Positions 35,801 to 49,143 of a stretch of DNA of 52,304 nt are shown here, one piece after another. Numbering within the stretch: the first letter of the stretch is position 1; every line of letters starts with the position of its first letter. The notes under the pieces are model-generated. The model saw only the letters and a list, made by a program, of their open reading frames with translations. It was not told the DNA's origin and did not search any database. The position numbers and the translations under genes are program-made. The DNA comes from Chromera velia (Eukaryota): contig JAHBMJ010000294.1 in assembly GCA_018398765.1 (NCBI GenBank), forward strand, positions 1-52,304, in the 5' to 3' direction.

Positions 35801-38800
35801 CAATAGCTGATCTCGTCTCTTGACTAACCAACGAAGGGGAGTGAGACCATCTGGAGGTTTGGTCTTGGAAGTCAAGTAAGAGGATAAGGCTTCGGGGGGG
35901 TCTGTGTGGGGGTCTGTGACTGTTTTGACGAAGTCTTTCAGGCGCGCTTGAGAGAGAATGGCTTGGGAGAACTGAAGGGTGCTTGACTCAAAAAGAAGGG
36001 AGGGACGGCTGAGAAAGAAGGCACGGGCTGTCTGGAACAATTTCTCTGGACCGAGACCGTCAACGGACACTTCAGCCTTGTCTCCGCTTTCTCCTAATCT
36101 TTGCTTTTCTTTTGTCTCACTTCTCCCCCCTTCGTTTCCTTTGGACGAACTGGAAGAGGAGGAGTCGACAGTACTTTTCGCGTTCTCTCCCTTCTCTTCT
36201 GTCCCCTCAATTTCTCTGAAGTTCTCCTCCTCGCGAAAGAAATCTCTGTTCGCAGCGACTCTGTCTCTTTCGTCTGAAAGACCTAGAGCGACGGGATAGA
36301 TCAGACGCGACAGCTCGGAATCCAACCACGCCAACCGAGATCCACGAACTTTCAAATCGTTCTTCTCATCTTCACTGCTACTCTTTGACGAATTGCCTCT
36401 GGACTCTCCCCTCTCTGGCTCCTTCTTCTCTTTGCCACTTTTCTTTGCCTCCACTATCACCCCTCCGTTTTTCTTCCGCCCTGACCGTCTGAGAGACGGC
36501 CTCTCTGCATCTCCCGCATTCTCCCTGCCCCTTTCTCTCCCCTTCCGTTTCCCTTTTCCTTCCTTCAACTCCTCTGCGTTCCCCCCACCTGCTGCAGAAG
36601 CAGAAGCAGGAGACCCAGTCTTCTCTTTCTTCTTTCCTTCGTCCTTCTTTTCTGTCGACACACTCCGCGAATCCTTTCTCTCCTCCTCCTCCTTCTCCAC
36701 TTCCACACACCCCCTCACCCCTCCAGACTTGATACCTGACTCCTCCCCCCNNNNNNNNNNNNNNNNNNNNNNNNNNNNNNNNNNNNNNNNNNNNNNNNNN
36801 NNNNNNNNNNNNNNNNNNNNNNNNNNNNNNNNNNNNNNNNNNNNNNNNNNNNNNNNNNNNNNNNNNNNNNNNNNNNNNNNNNNNNNNNNNNNNNNNNNNN
36901 NNNNNNNNNNNNNNNNNNNNNNNNNNNNNNNNNNNNNNNNNNNNNNNNNNNNNNNNNNNNNNNNNNNNNNNNNNNNNNNNNNNNNNNNNNNNNNNNNNNN
37001 NNNNNNNNNNNNNNNNNNNNNNNNNNNNNNNNNNNNNNNNNNNNNNNNNNNNNNNNNNNNNNNNNNNNNNNNNNCAGCCGAGTCCGGCCCCCCCCCTTCC
37101 TTCTCAACTTCCACAGTCTCAATGTTGGCAAGCGCAGAGTTCAAGTCAGACATTTGCGAAGAGCTGAAAGGGCCCCCACCTCCACCCAGGGCTACCGCAG
37201 GCCCCGGCAGAAACCGCATGCGCCCCCGTCTTCTCAAAGAGTAACCTTGCGGCTCGTCAGACTCAAACAGCGGGCCCAGTTGCGGAAAATTCTGCAACAT
37301 CGGAAGCGGATCGTAAAGCGCTCTCTCCGCGGATCGTAAAGCGCTTTCGGTCTGCTCCGCGTCGCCTGCTTGAAAGGTCGACAGCCCCTTCTGCAAGACA
37401 AACGACAAGGGGCGTAAATTCTTTGTACGCGGAAATGTTCACACACGCGAGTATATGCACATGACCACACTTTCCTTTAATCGGGAGGGCAGAAATTGTA
37501 ATGAAGACACCTAACAGGCAGTCCGATCCAGAAGAAGGGAACAGAGCAGGAGGGCAGAAAGAACGAAAGCCAGGAAAAACAGAACCGCATGCGACCCCTT
37601 TACTACAAGGAACATCTATGAGTATTTACTGTGTGAGAATCACGGTGCATATAGACAGGACAGTTGGGCTTTGTTTGGTGATTCCTCCCAACCAACCCTT
37701 CACCGTCTACACACCTTTTCCCTCTCCACAACTTTCCACAGAAACCGAAAGACCTCCTGAAAGGCAGGGAGACGCGAAGGATCTTCAGCCGAGACGCGAA
37801 GCATAGCCAGTGTCTGCTGTGCGAGTCGGAACTCTTTTCGTCTTCGTGCGAACCCCTCAAGGACATGCTCATCGTCCGTCTCTACCTTCAACTTCAACCT
37901 GCACGGCCTTGCGGCGACCATCTGCGCAGAAGAAGAGGAAGAAGAAGAAGAGGGGCATTCAGGTGCCCCCTCTTCCTCTTCCACTTTCTCTTCTGCCTCA
38001 TCCTCGGTCTCTCCAATTTGCAAACTCTTCGTGTTCTGCGCAAATCCGTAGTCCAAAACTTTCAGCATGGTCTCAAAACCCTCGAAGGAGACTTTGAACA
38101 GGTTATCGGACCGAAGTTGAATCCCGTACGCATGATGGAACAAGACCTGTAGACAGTTCGTCAAACCGTCAACAGCAAAACCAACGGCCAAAGCCCAACT
38201 GCTCTCCTGAGCCTCCACCGCTGGAGGCGACGCAGGAGGTACCAGGGGGGGCGGTACGGAGATCACCTTGCCGGCAGTTGCTGGGGGGTTTGAGGCATTC
38301 ATGAACTCTCGCCTGCCGTGCGGACGCCCGGGCCCGACCCTCGCGCTTGTTGCCCATGGCAGGGGCAACCATGTGAAGGGCAAGGGAGAGGCTGGAGAGA
38401 GTTTCAAACCTGTACCCTTCTCCTTCTGTTTCTCATTTGCTCGACGGATGAGTGACATATTCTCTTTGTCTCCTGCATTCTTCTTCTCTTCACGTCCTTT
38501 TCTCATCAAAGCCTCTCTTTCTGCCCTGCGTAAGTTCCGGGAAGAGGGCGCACCCATATCGGGTGACTGGACAGCCCTCGGGGCACGGGGGGGACTCTTG
38601 GACTCCTTTTCTTTTTCCGTTTGTTTTTCTCTTTGTTTCCCTCCTCTTTCGTCACTCTGAAAGGGACGCGGCCGTTTTCGGTCGCCCTTCCCCTCTTTGT
38701 CTCTGTCGCCTCTGCCAGCAGGAGTGGCTGCCTGGATGGTGTGAATGGTCTCGATCGCTCTCAACTTGGCCTGTCTGGCGTTGGCACTTCTGCTGGATTC

Positions 38801-41800
38801 CTGCCCATCCTTTCTTGCCGAGCGCGAGGCTTTGCCTCCACGAGACGGAGAGACGGCAGTGGGGTGGCGTGTCGGAGTGACGAGACGGGAGGCACGGGTC
38901 TGTCCTCCTCGTCGTCCTTCTCCTGCTCCTGCTGGTTGGGGAGGGGGGGGGGATGCCCGAGAGGTTTTGTTGAGAGGAACTGCGGATTTCCCTTTCTCTT
39001 CCTTCTCCTCTCTTTCTCTCTTAGCCCCCCCCCCTCTTCCTCTCCCTTTCCCCTCGTCGTTCTGGAGAGCTCTCTGCAGCGTCCTTGACGGGCCTGCGGG
39101 AGATGAGATGGATGCGTGCACTGAGATGATGATATGAATGTGCGAAGCGGCTGTATCTGTGTACGCGTGAAGAGCCTTCCGCTTCATCCTTGCCGGGCTT
39201 GATGCGGAGGGAAGCTGACGGGAAGAGAGAAGAAGGCTAGCGAGAGGAAGGTGGTGATGCATTCAACAACCGGCAGTGTCTTCAGTTGCCGTATTCTATT
39301 TCTCTGAATGAGGGGCAACGAAAAGGAATCCAAAAGGACCACGAAAGCGAGTAAAAGACACAGGAAAAGGGGGTACAGAAATGAATTGAACGGGGCGGGA
39401 AAACGTGTTTTTAATTCGGGAAAGAGATTCCAAAATAAGGCTAGGAAGGTCGACTGCCTCACTGACTTTTGGCCAAATCGCTTTGAGATGGTTCTCTCTT
39501 TGAGGCTGAAGGAGAACGGGAGAGTTGGGGGGACTTTTCTCTTTTGTCTCCCCCCCCCATTCCTCCCTTCTCCCTCCTTCCACAGCCGTGCTGTCGGTGC
39601 TCTCCATTTTCGGGTTCACGGTCGCTTCCAGGGGCAGAAAGGGATGGGGTGGGTGAAGGGGGGGAAGGGGCCGGTGGGAGTCGGGCTGAGATCGAAAGGG
39701 CTGGCAATTCGCACCGTCCGATGGGCACATACATGAGGGGAGGGGGGGGGGCAGATGCGTTTGCCTGGATGGGCCCTGAAGACTCCATTTGGAAAAACCG
39801 TTTTGCAAATTTGGAACCTCTCTTCAACTTCTTCCTGCTCTCCTTTCCTCCCTCCTTAGGAACCTCTTGAGGTTCTCCTGAGCTCTCTTTTTCCTTTTTT
39901 TCTTTTTCTTTGTCTCTCTTCGGTGAGGAAAGTCCCTTGTCCTTTCCTCGTCCTTTCTTCTCAGGGGGGGGAGGAGAAAGAGGGCGCTCAAGGGAAGAAG
40001 GCTTCGAGCGGACAATGGAACCGTTCACCATTACTACTGGAGACGGCTTCCGATTGTTTCGATTCGCTTTGTCTGTCTCCAGAGGTCCTCCCTGTCCACT
40101 GTCCTCATTCCTCACATTCACGCCATCTTGTGTTCCCATGTCCTCATCCTCATTCTTCTCTCCTGCTGCTGCTACTGCTGCTGCTGCTGCTGCTGATGCT
40201 GATGATGACGATGACACTTCCGCCTGCCTGCGTACAGCCCCGTCTCCCTCCTTCGAGTCTTTCGTTGCCTCGGAACCTGGAATGCTTGTCAAAGCTCCTC
40301 TCTTTACCCTTACCCGAAGTCGCGTTCTCTCAGACACTCCCCCCTGCTCTTTCTTATCCTTTGGACCTTCCTTTTTCTCGTCAAACTTTCCTTCTCCCTT
40401 CTGAGGATGCACAGGCGCACCCCATCCGGCTCCTCCAAGACCCTCCTTCTCAGACAACCCCCCCTGCTTCATAGATTCTTTCTTCCCTTTCGCCCTCCCT
40501 CCAGACTTATCTGCACAATCGCCCCCTCCAACTCCTTCATACACACCCGACGACCCACTCCCTTTCTCTCCCACACCGCTCTCTCTCGTCTCTTCCGCAA
40601 CCCCCGCCCCTTCAGAAGTTTTCAGCAACTTTCTCGGCCCACCGTCTTTCCCCGCACCCCCTGTGGAAAAAAATCTCTCCTGTACGAAATCTGCACAGAC
40701 CCATGCACATAGAAAAGAGAAAGCATGAGACTCAACAGAAAACAAATCCGAAAAGTGGTCTTAAATGCAAAAGCACGAGCGCTTCACTTCTCTGGAAAAG
40801 TGAATTTCTTTTTCCTCTTTCTTCCTTCCGTCTCTCCGTCTGTCTGTGTCTGTGTGAGTTGCGGCTGGAGGAAGGCACACGCACCCACCGAAGAAGACCA
40901 TCTCACTCAGACAGAGGCACACTGATTGCTCGACACATACACAGACAGATAGATTCTACACTGAGGCCACGGGACCACGCAGACAAAGAAAGAAGAAGAA
41001 GAAGAAGCAGGCAGGGCACAGACCCACCGACCGAATGCGTTGAGAGGATCAAAAGTCTGCACCCCAAAACGTCTCCACACTGGAAGGCCCCGAACGTACG
41101 AATTCTGTACAAGAACCCTGCGCTGTCTCCTCTCTCTTGCCCTCTCCTGAAGCACCACCGCCAAATCACCCCCCCCTTCTTTCGCCTCAACCTCACTCTC
41201 CGCTCTTCCTGCAGCCCCCACCGCACTCTTTGTCTCCGACCCACACAGACATTCCCCCCCCTCCCCAAACGCCTTTGCTCCCTTTTCATTTCCTTTTGCA
41301 ACCTCCTCTTCTTCATCTCCCCCTTCCGACTCGCTATCGCACTCCTCTGCCACGCTCTTGAACTTCATACGGAGCCTCTCGGACCCCGACCGGATCAGAG
41401 ACCTCATCCACACACCCATCCACATACGAGCTGATTGTAGTCCAACACACTGGAAAGGCTGCGGGCTGTCCAACGCAACTTTCTGGTGGGGACCGACGGG
41501 CAAAAGAGGGGTCAGGTTGGTCAGGCAACACAGAAAACGGGGCTCACACGCGAACATGTCTGGTCCAAAATGGACAGAGGGCGGCGCCTCGGCCAGAATC
41601 TGGTGGAGACGCGTCAAGCGGGGAGGGCGCGTTTTGCGCGCACGGCAAGTGCCTTCCCCATCGATCCGTTGCTGCTCTGCAACTAGACGCCCAACCTCCT
41701 CCATGTCGAAGAGACGGGTGGTAGGAGACAGAGAGGCGTCTGCACGGGCTCCTTCTTCTCCTTCGTCTCCTTTCCTCTCCATTTCCCCAGCTTCTTTCTT

Positions 41801-44800
41801 CTGTGACGCCACTTCCTCAACTCTCTCACCTTCACTTACCACCACTTTCTCTCCCCCGTCTCGGTCTTCCTCCTGTCTGTCCTTTCCCTCTGCTGACTTC
41901 CCAGAAGGACACTCAGCAGATCCACCTGCAGGGGAGGGAGGAACGGAGAACCCACAGACATCTCCCTGCTCCCCCAGCTCACTCTCATCACCTTCGAGCT
42001 CCTCCACCCCACTTCGGAACTGCATGACCGAAGGCTGGTATCCCAGCACCTCTTTCATTCCGTCCTCTCTTCTCTCTTTGTTGCGCGCACCCTCAAGCAA
42101 TGGGGCCCCTTCACCCTCTGCTGGATCGTCCTCTCGGGACCTCTCCATTAGCTCGGCATACCCAACAGGACCTCCGCTCTTCGCAAAGTTCTGACAGGAT
42201 CGAAGGGCACTCACGACCTTGAAGAGAGCCTGGGGGAATAGTGGCGTGACCTCAGGATGAAGAGGCATCCACACTGCGGGGGCAGCAGTTTGCTTCTGTT
42301 GTCTTTCGTTGTCGTTACTTTCCCCCCTCTCTCTTTCTCTGTCTTTGCGCAACAGAGAGATTCCTCCCGATGCCGCTTCTCTGCAGAGTCGGAGTGCCTT
42401 CTCTCCCACAGAGAACCCGGACGACAGTCTTTCTGAGAGAGGGACGGAGGGACGGTCTACGAAAAGATGGAAAGGGAGATCTGCAATTACTCGTGTCTGC
42501 TGCAAGCAGAGCGTTGCGATCCGAGGATTCGTGCGGGGATCTGGGAGGTGTGTCGGGATGGGTAGTGTGAAAGGAGGATCTTCCAGACACCACCGGGAGA
42601 AGGGCCCTCTGTACGCCCCCCCATCCGAAGGACTGTCGGGATTGAATCTTCGAGAACTCAGCAGAGCGTCGAGAAGGGGGTTCTCTTTCGTGTCTGTCCA
42701 CATAACAGAAAGAGGCAAGGGACCTGACGCACGCAGAGCTACAGACTTACACGATCTCAGAAGCGCCCTCTCACAACCCGGTAATTTCTTCAGAGATTCG
42801 AATGACTTCTCCTCATCAAGCGAACGAGAGGGAGGACTTAGTCTTGAAGCGAGGGAACCGAGGGGGGAGGCAGAATGGAAGTGAATTGCCGTTGCCCCCC
42901 CCCCTCCTGCTTGCGGCCCTGTAGCAGCAACGGGGGGAGATAACACTTCCCATATCAACCCCCCGCCGAGAGACGCCCCGATACCTCCCCCACTGACCGA
43001 AGGCGGCTCTGCTCCTGTGATCGGTGCAAGTCTAGGGGGTTGGGGCACAGTAGAGGCGCGGTGCTTCCCTCCATGCTGCCCCTTTCCCCCCCCCGTAGAG
43101 TTGCGAAGAGCGCGTGTTGCCGTGGCGAGTGCCTGTTCTCTCTCGAGTGTGCGGGCTGTTTCGAGAAGTTCTGCCGTTCTGGAGAGACCCGAGAGGCCCC
43201 CCTCAGCGAACAGACTGGAAGGCAAAGGAGAGGAACGAGATAGAGAGAGGGACAGAGAACCCTCACACACCCCAACAGACGCACTCTCACGAGGGCCCTC
43301 CAAGGCTGCCTTCCACCTACAAGGATGGGGAAAGACAGAAAGGAAGGAAGGATGGGCGGGACACATGCATGCAGAGAATCAAAGAGGGCCGGTGACCAGG
43401 AAGACAAAGGAGAGAAGCAGCGGACACAGCAATAGAGAGAGTGCGCATTGTCTACAGGTGGTGTACACAATGAGACTAATCATAGACTCGTCACTGTTGT
43501 TACGAAGTTGAAAATTCGTACTCATTTCAGTCCAGGTTGGTCTTTGACAGACTTACGATGCGACTGCTGGCTAAACACACGAATACAAAAAAGGGAGATC
43601 GGCAACAGAAGAACTGGCGAGGCAAAATTCTCTCAACCCAGACGCATTGTCCGAGCCACTGCGCCTCAATAGAATGAACTGTTTCTCGTTTACCCATTGA
43701 AGCAACCACCTTCGACTCCAATCGAAACAAAATCGGTGCTACTTACTTGTCAATGTCTCTTTCAAGGTTCGCGATTTCATTGAATCCCGTCTCTGCGCAG
43801 GTCATCATGGCCTGTGTCCTTGCCAGCATGCCGACCAGAAAGTTATTCACTTCTCTCGACGCACACATGGCCATCCAGGCACTTGCCTCCTCGGCAGAGG
43901 CCGTCGAGACGTCCCAAGTAGTCAACCCTCCCTGGTAGTGTGCCGTTCTGTCGGGTGCAGGGAAACGACTGGTCAAAAACGCAGCGCGGAGATTCGCTAT
44001 TTGTTCAAACGGGTTTCTCACCCCCTCCAACATCGTTTCAAAGGGTCCCCCTGTGAATTGACTCAAAGTGGAGCCGAAATTCAAACCGGGAGGAACAAGG
44101 GGAGGGAAGTTTGATGGGGGTCTCTTCCTTTCGCCATCGAAGTCCCCTTCCCCCCCTCCAGGCCCTGGAGGCCCCTTGTCTCTCTTCCCCGCCCCCCCGT
44201 CCTGCTGTCGAGTCTTTGTTCGCGAATCCTTTGCTCCTCCCTTCCCTCCTGTCTTCTGCTTCGGAGGCGCAGGGGAGGAGGGCGCAGGGCTGGAAGGCTC
44301 GGACAACTGCGCGGCCAGACCCGGCAAGGGCAACGGTGGGTGGGCCTGCAGGAGGGTGAGGATATTCGGGAATCTGCGGAAGTCCTGTGCTGGTGGTTTG
44401 GTCTTCTTCCACGAATGTGTCGGCACAGGGAGAAACACGGTCTCATCACAACCACCTGACACCGACACTGTCCCTGCCGCGCCTTTAGACACAAACACAG
44501 GTCGACTTTGAAGTGTTGCTAGGTGGTCATCAAAAAACCCACTCAGTCGGAGGAGTTTTCGATGGACACCGTCATTCCGTCGTAGAAGGCCTTCAGAGCG
44601 TCGGAGGGTGATGGCGGCGTGTCTGAGCACCATAGCAACTGCGTTTCGCAATGCAGCGTTCGAAGGAAGTGTGGGATTCGGGCCTAGGGCTGCCACAGCC
44701 ATGGCGGCGACGGTCTGACCAGGCTCACCGCCAGGCAACCCGTTGAGCCCCCCGCCGCCCCCAAAGTTTTCAAACTCGAAAGGCCCGAGGAAAAGTAAAT

Positions 44801-47800
44801 TCTGGGCAAACGGATTCGGCAGAGGACCCCCCCCTCCACCTGCGGGGCCGTCTGGGAGGGCATCTTCAGGGGGGGGGGGAAGAGGCGGGAGGGGGGGGCC
44901 GGCTTGGGGTCCCCCTCCGAAGGGCACTAGCGTCGCCTGTACAGTAGCCGGCACCCCGGCTGCGCCCAGCATGGCTTGAAGCAAATTGGCAAACTGCCCC
45001 GGCGCAGGACCCAGAGCGCCCCCCCCCGGTCCGGCGCCCCCTAGAGGCCCTTCCTCGTCTCCTCCTACGTCCATATCTGAATCACCACCTTCGCCTTCCT
45101 CTGGCTGACCTGCACCGCCTCCCCCTCCTCCTACCCCCTCACTTCCACTGCCTGCGCCCATCACGGCGTCGCCATCTGCCGGCTGCTGCTCTGGTACAGG
45201 TACGGGCCCAGTCACCGGTGCTGCAGCTGCTGCGGCGGCGGCAGGTGCGACTGGTTCGTCCACTTCTGCAGGAATCGGGAGGGGCAGAGGGCTGTGGGGG
45301 GTCAGCGGAGGGGGGGCTGAGGAGGAAGAGGGGGCAAAGGGGCTGAGGAAGGCCGGTGGCTGCACACTTGCCGGTGGAACAGGTGGAGGTAAAATGTCTC
45401 CGTGTGCTGGCTGATTGGATGCAGAGGAAGACGAAGAGGAGGACGAAGAGGAAGAAGAGGGGTTCGGAGGGTGCGGTTGCTGCTGCTGCTGTTCTTCTTC
45501 TGCTTGTGCCTTTTGTTCCGGCTGTTCAGGAGCAGACTTCACTTGAGGGGGGTGAGAGGAAAATTGCTGAAGGGAGGGGAACGGGACGGATGAAGACAGC
45601 GACGAAAAAGGAGCAGACGCAAAAGAAAGTGGCGGAGGCTTCTTGGCATCACCCGCGTCTCCTGAGACGGCAGCGCCTGTCTCGAGGGGTTGTGCTGCGG
45701 CGCCTGTGCCTGTCCCTGTGTCAGGGGCGCCTGTCAGACACGGCACAGCCAAAGACGAGGAAGAAGAGGAAGAGGAAGAAGACGCAGAGGATGGTAGAGG
45801 CCCTGCTCCCCTTCCTCCACCGAGAGAGAAAGAGGGCGCAAAGGGAAGCCCTCCCCCCCTCCCACCTCCCCCTGCCGTGACAGGAGCCAGAAAGGGAAGA
45901 CCCCTTCCTCCTCCTCTTGGTGCCCCTGCCTGTTCACCCGAGGAGCCTTTCATAGCCGCAGAGAGAGAAGGAAACGAAGAAGATGCCCCTCCGGTCTCTG
46001 CTGTTCCAGACGCCGCTCCTCCTCCTCCTCCTCCCTCTGCCTGTGCTTGTTCGTCTGTGTTCACATTCGGTTTGGTTGTGGCAGGTGCAGATGCAGACGG
46101 GGACAGAGACGGACTCAGCAACCCACCCCCATTCCCTTCGCTATCTGGAGACGGAGACGGAGACGGCAAGTCCACCAGGAGACCGCCTTGAGGAGACCTG
46201 CAGGGAGATAGAATGGAAACAAAAGAAGGCAGGGGAAAGAGCACGGGTGCATGTGCAGACGCGCCGTTTGACCACAAGTTTTGCTTGCAATGATGCCTCC
46301 CTGTCTCTCTGTCTGTTTGCCGTTCACAGAACGGAACGTGACCGAAAAAGGAAACAGATGCCGAAAGGAAGGAACGCGGTCCTTTCCTGTTGATTTGAGG
46401 GAGGCTCTACCAGGAGGTAACATCCTCACTCCAAAAAAGATAAACAAACAAGAACAACAAAGAGACCACACGGCCACTTTGACAGACCAACTTCTGTCAG
46501 ACTGCACGAGACAGTCAGAGTCAAGGTTCTGGCCGGTGTGAGAAGGTGAGAAGCTGTGTGAAAAAAATAAGAAAACGAGACGGACAGACAGATCGACCCA
46601 CCCACCCAGGTGCCGAAGAACCCGAAGACTGAGGAGGAAGATCCCCCCCTCCCCCTGCTAGAGCTTGGGGGAGGGCCACGTCGGCACCTGTAGGCTCTCC
46701 TCCTCCTTCCGTCTCTGTTGGTACTAGAGGGAGCGGGTTTCCTCCTTCTCCTCCTCCGGTTTGGGTGGGCACAGGGGCAAGGGGAGGCGGTGGAGGGGGA
46801 GGAGCCAGAGGGGCATCTGCTTGACCCGGTCCCGGAACAGTCCCCGGTGGCGGTGGAGAAGGAGGCGGATCTCCTCCCTGTGTCCCTGATCCTGGCTGCT
46901 GCATGCTGTCCATCTTTTTTCGAATTTTGATCAGAGTGTCAATTTGCTGCTTGACCCCCTGCAGTCTGTTCAGCTGCCTCTCCTGATTGGAAATTTGCGT
47001 CCTCACACCCGACTCTACTGTGTGCCACTCTGTGGGCTTCAGAGTGCGTTCGACATGCGCGGTCAGAATCTGCAGTCACAAAACAGTGGTTGCACGATGA
47101 GGCAAGACGAACGAGAGCACGTTTTTGACGAAGAACAAAATGTGACTCCCTTTGCGGGCTGCCTGAAAGGTGCGGATGGACGGCACCATCGGACGGCATT
47201 CTGGCCAGGATAGTAGGATACAGAGCGGGCGGAAAGGAACGTAGAAGAAAAGAGGGGCACGGGAAAGGCAGAGAAAACAGCAGAGAGCTTTTGTTTCGGA
47301 AAGTGTCACTGAGCCTGGGTGCTTACCGTATGACCTTTCTTTCAAGACAAGATTTTGCACTGCTTGAGTCTGCATCTCTAGAAAGAGGACGCGCAAAAAC
47401 GGAGAGAAAACAAAACAACAACGGCAGTCCGTCTGTGTCCCTTCTTGCACCTTCCCCCGACCCTTCCTTTCCCACCTGTCTCGGCAGCGGAGGAGCGTAG
47501 CAGCATTCCTCCGGCATAGTAGGGGTTGTGAGTTTGAGTCCTGTCTTCTTCGGGAAGTCCCTTCTCCGGACCCTCAAAGAGAAGATGATGGACCCCCGCG
47601 CCGCCTGACTGCAGTAGACGTTCTTCCACGCCGCAGCGCTACAGCACCCGTGCCCTCTGACACCCTGGGCCTCCATCAACTCGTGAAGAAGAGGGGAGCC
47701 CAGAAGGACGGCCTGGCAGTTTCCCAGACGTACAGGCGTCTTCTTGCGGTCGTCGTGAACACACGTGTACTTATTGAGTCTCAGAGGCATAAGGAGGGAC

Positions 47801-48408
47801 AAGAGGTCTTCCAGCTCAGGGTCGTCTACAACTGCGTTGGTGTGTCTGAAGTCTTCGAACGAGAGCCAGTCGGCAGGTGGAGCGACTGGGAGGCTGTGGT
47901 AGTGTACGTACACGAGGCGGGAGATGAGCACGTCGGGACAGAGAAGGGCGGGGCCGGCTGGGTCCACTTCTGAGACGACGGGGAGGCTGAGACCGGCAGT
48001 CTTGCAGATGGCGCGCAGGTTTTCAACCATGAAGTCGTGCAGCTTTTTGAACGCGGCATCGAAGTCGGCATACACTGAGTGCCCACAGGGAGAGTAGATT
48101 GCCTGCAGAAAAGAGGGGAGAAGAAAGAGTGCAAAAAGAACAGGGCGAAAAACCGTCTGGGGAGATCATTGCAAGGGGGGAGGCAGACTGACGAATTCCC
48201 GGCAGTCGTGGGGAGTGAACATCGTGGTGTAGTAGAAGGGCGTGCTGCGGAAGCGGGACCATGCTACACGCCAATCTGTAGGAAAAATGAGTGGCGAGGT
48301 CAATTCATCTGAAAGGGTCAAAGGCGCATAGCCGTCCTGAACAAACTTTCCGACAGCTGTCTGGACCTTTGCGGCCCTCGCAGGGTTGACCCGCCGTTTT
48401 GCTTCCAT
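27836..48408 (-). CDS. Giant ~4,770-aa protein: N-terminal MBD-like motif, long low-complexity region, F-box plus LRR-like module, two tandem SUMO-like (Rad60-type) domains
   Basis: 21 phase-consistent GT-AG exons: 48408-48193, 48102-47476, 47369-47327, 47200-47121, 47069-46606, 46197-43747, 43316-41032, 40690-39467, 39093-37754, 37390-33345, 33013-32702, 32487-32313, 31924-31841, 31454-31409, 31181-31064, 30694-30610, 30262-30145, 29833-29773, 29239-29173, 28893-28824, 28245-27836 (14,322 nt). Exon 10 spans an N gap. The splicing is my model and has no transcript support. Confidence 0.65.
28431..28614. repeat. Intronic ~180-bp unit bounded by inverted TGGCCCGGAAAGCGAA / TTCGCTTTCCGGGCCA
   Basis: 16-bp inverted pair at 28439-28454 and 28598-28613. 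28431-28454 is the exact reverse complement of 22183-22206. Confidence 0.6.
36751..37074. other. Assembly gap (324 N)
   Basis: Run of N. Confidence 1.
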
Positions 48409-48666
48409 CTTTCTGCCTTTCTTTCAGGACAAAAATGAACCCCTTTCGTTAAGAAAAGATGTCATTTCGTCAATTAATGAGAGTTCCGAGCACGAGAAAG
48501 TTGCATGTTTTTGTCCTCCTGCAACGATGCGCAGATCTTGTGACATCCTGTGACGACGTACGAAGACAAGCAACGCTTTTCGATCGTCGGATGTTGCTGA
48601 AGAGACAGCAATTAAGGCGATTATATAAAGGCGTCTCCCACACATGATTAGGTAATCCAACTAATG

Positions 48667-49143
48667 CAGGCTCTCTAGAGCGGCCATTTTTAGCACCGCG
48701 GCGCGGTTCCCTCCAGGCCCCTCCGCGGCGGCGCGCCCTCCCATTTGGGACATGGCCCCATATACCGTCAAAACGGCTTTTTCTGCGCGCCACAGGCGCC
48801 ACAAAATTTTTTTTAAGGTGTTTCAATGATAAATTTGATCAATTGCTGATCAATTTGGTTCAACTTACCTCAGAAAAGGTAAAGAACGGAACAATCACGC
48901 CGCGGTTCCCCCCTTTCTTCAAGGTTTTACAACCGCGGCACCGCGGCGTTTGACCGTAAATGCCGTGGTATCTAGAAAGAATCAGAACGGCGCAATGCGT
49001 GCGCGATTATTTGCAAACATGCAGAACGGCGCAATGCGCGCGCGAATATTTGCAAACATGCAGAAATAAAATGCATGCAAATAATCGCGCGCGCATTGCG
49101 CCGTTCTGATTCGGCGCAATGCGCCGTTCTGATTGAAAGCCTG
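48667..49143. mobile_element. 477-bp hAT-like non-autonomous element inserted in the host element's TIR
   Basis: Termini CAGGCTCTC / GAAAGCCTG. Perfect 8-bp TSD AACTAATG (48659-48666, 49144-49151). CCGCGG-rich left part, repeated and inverted CAGAACGGCGCAATGCG units on the right. Confidence 0.85.

Noticed and set aside
36751..37074. Reading frame preserved across the N gap
   Set aside because: Gap length is an estimate, so frame continuity is not evidence.
33315..46541. Numerous long + strand ORFs
   Set aside because: They are antisense shadows of GC-rich, low-complexity minus-strand exons.
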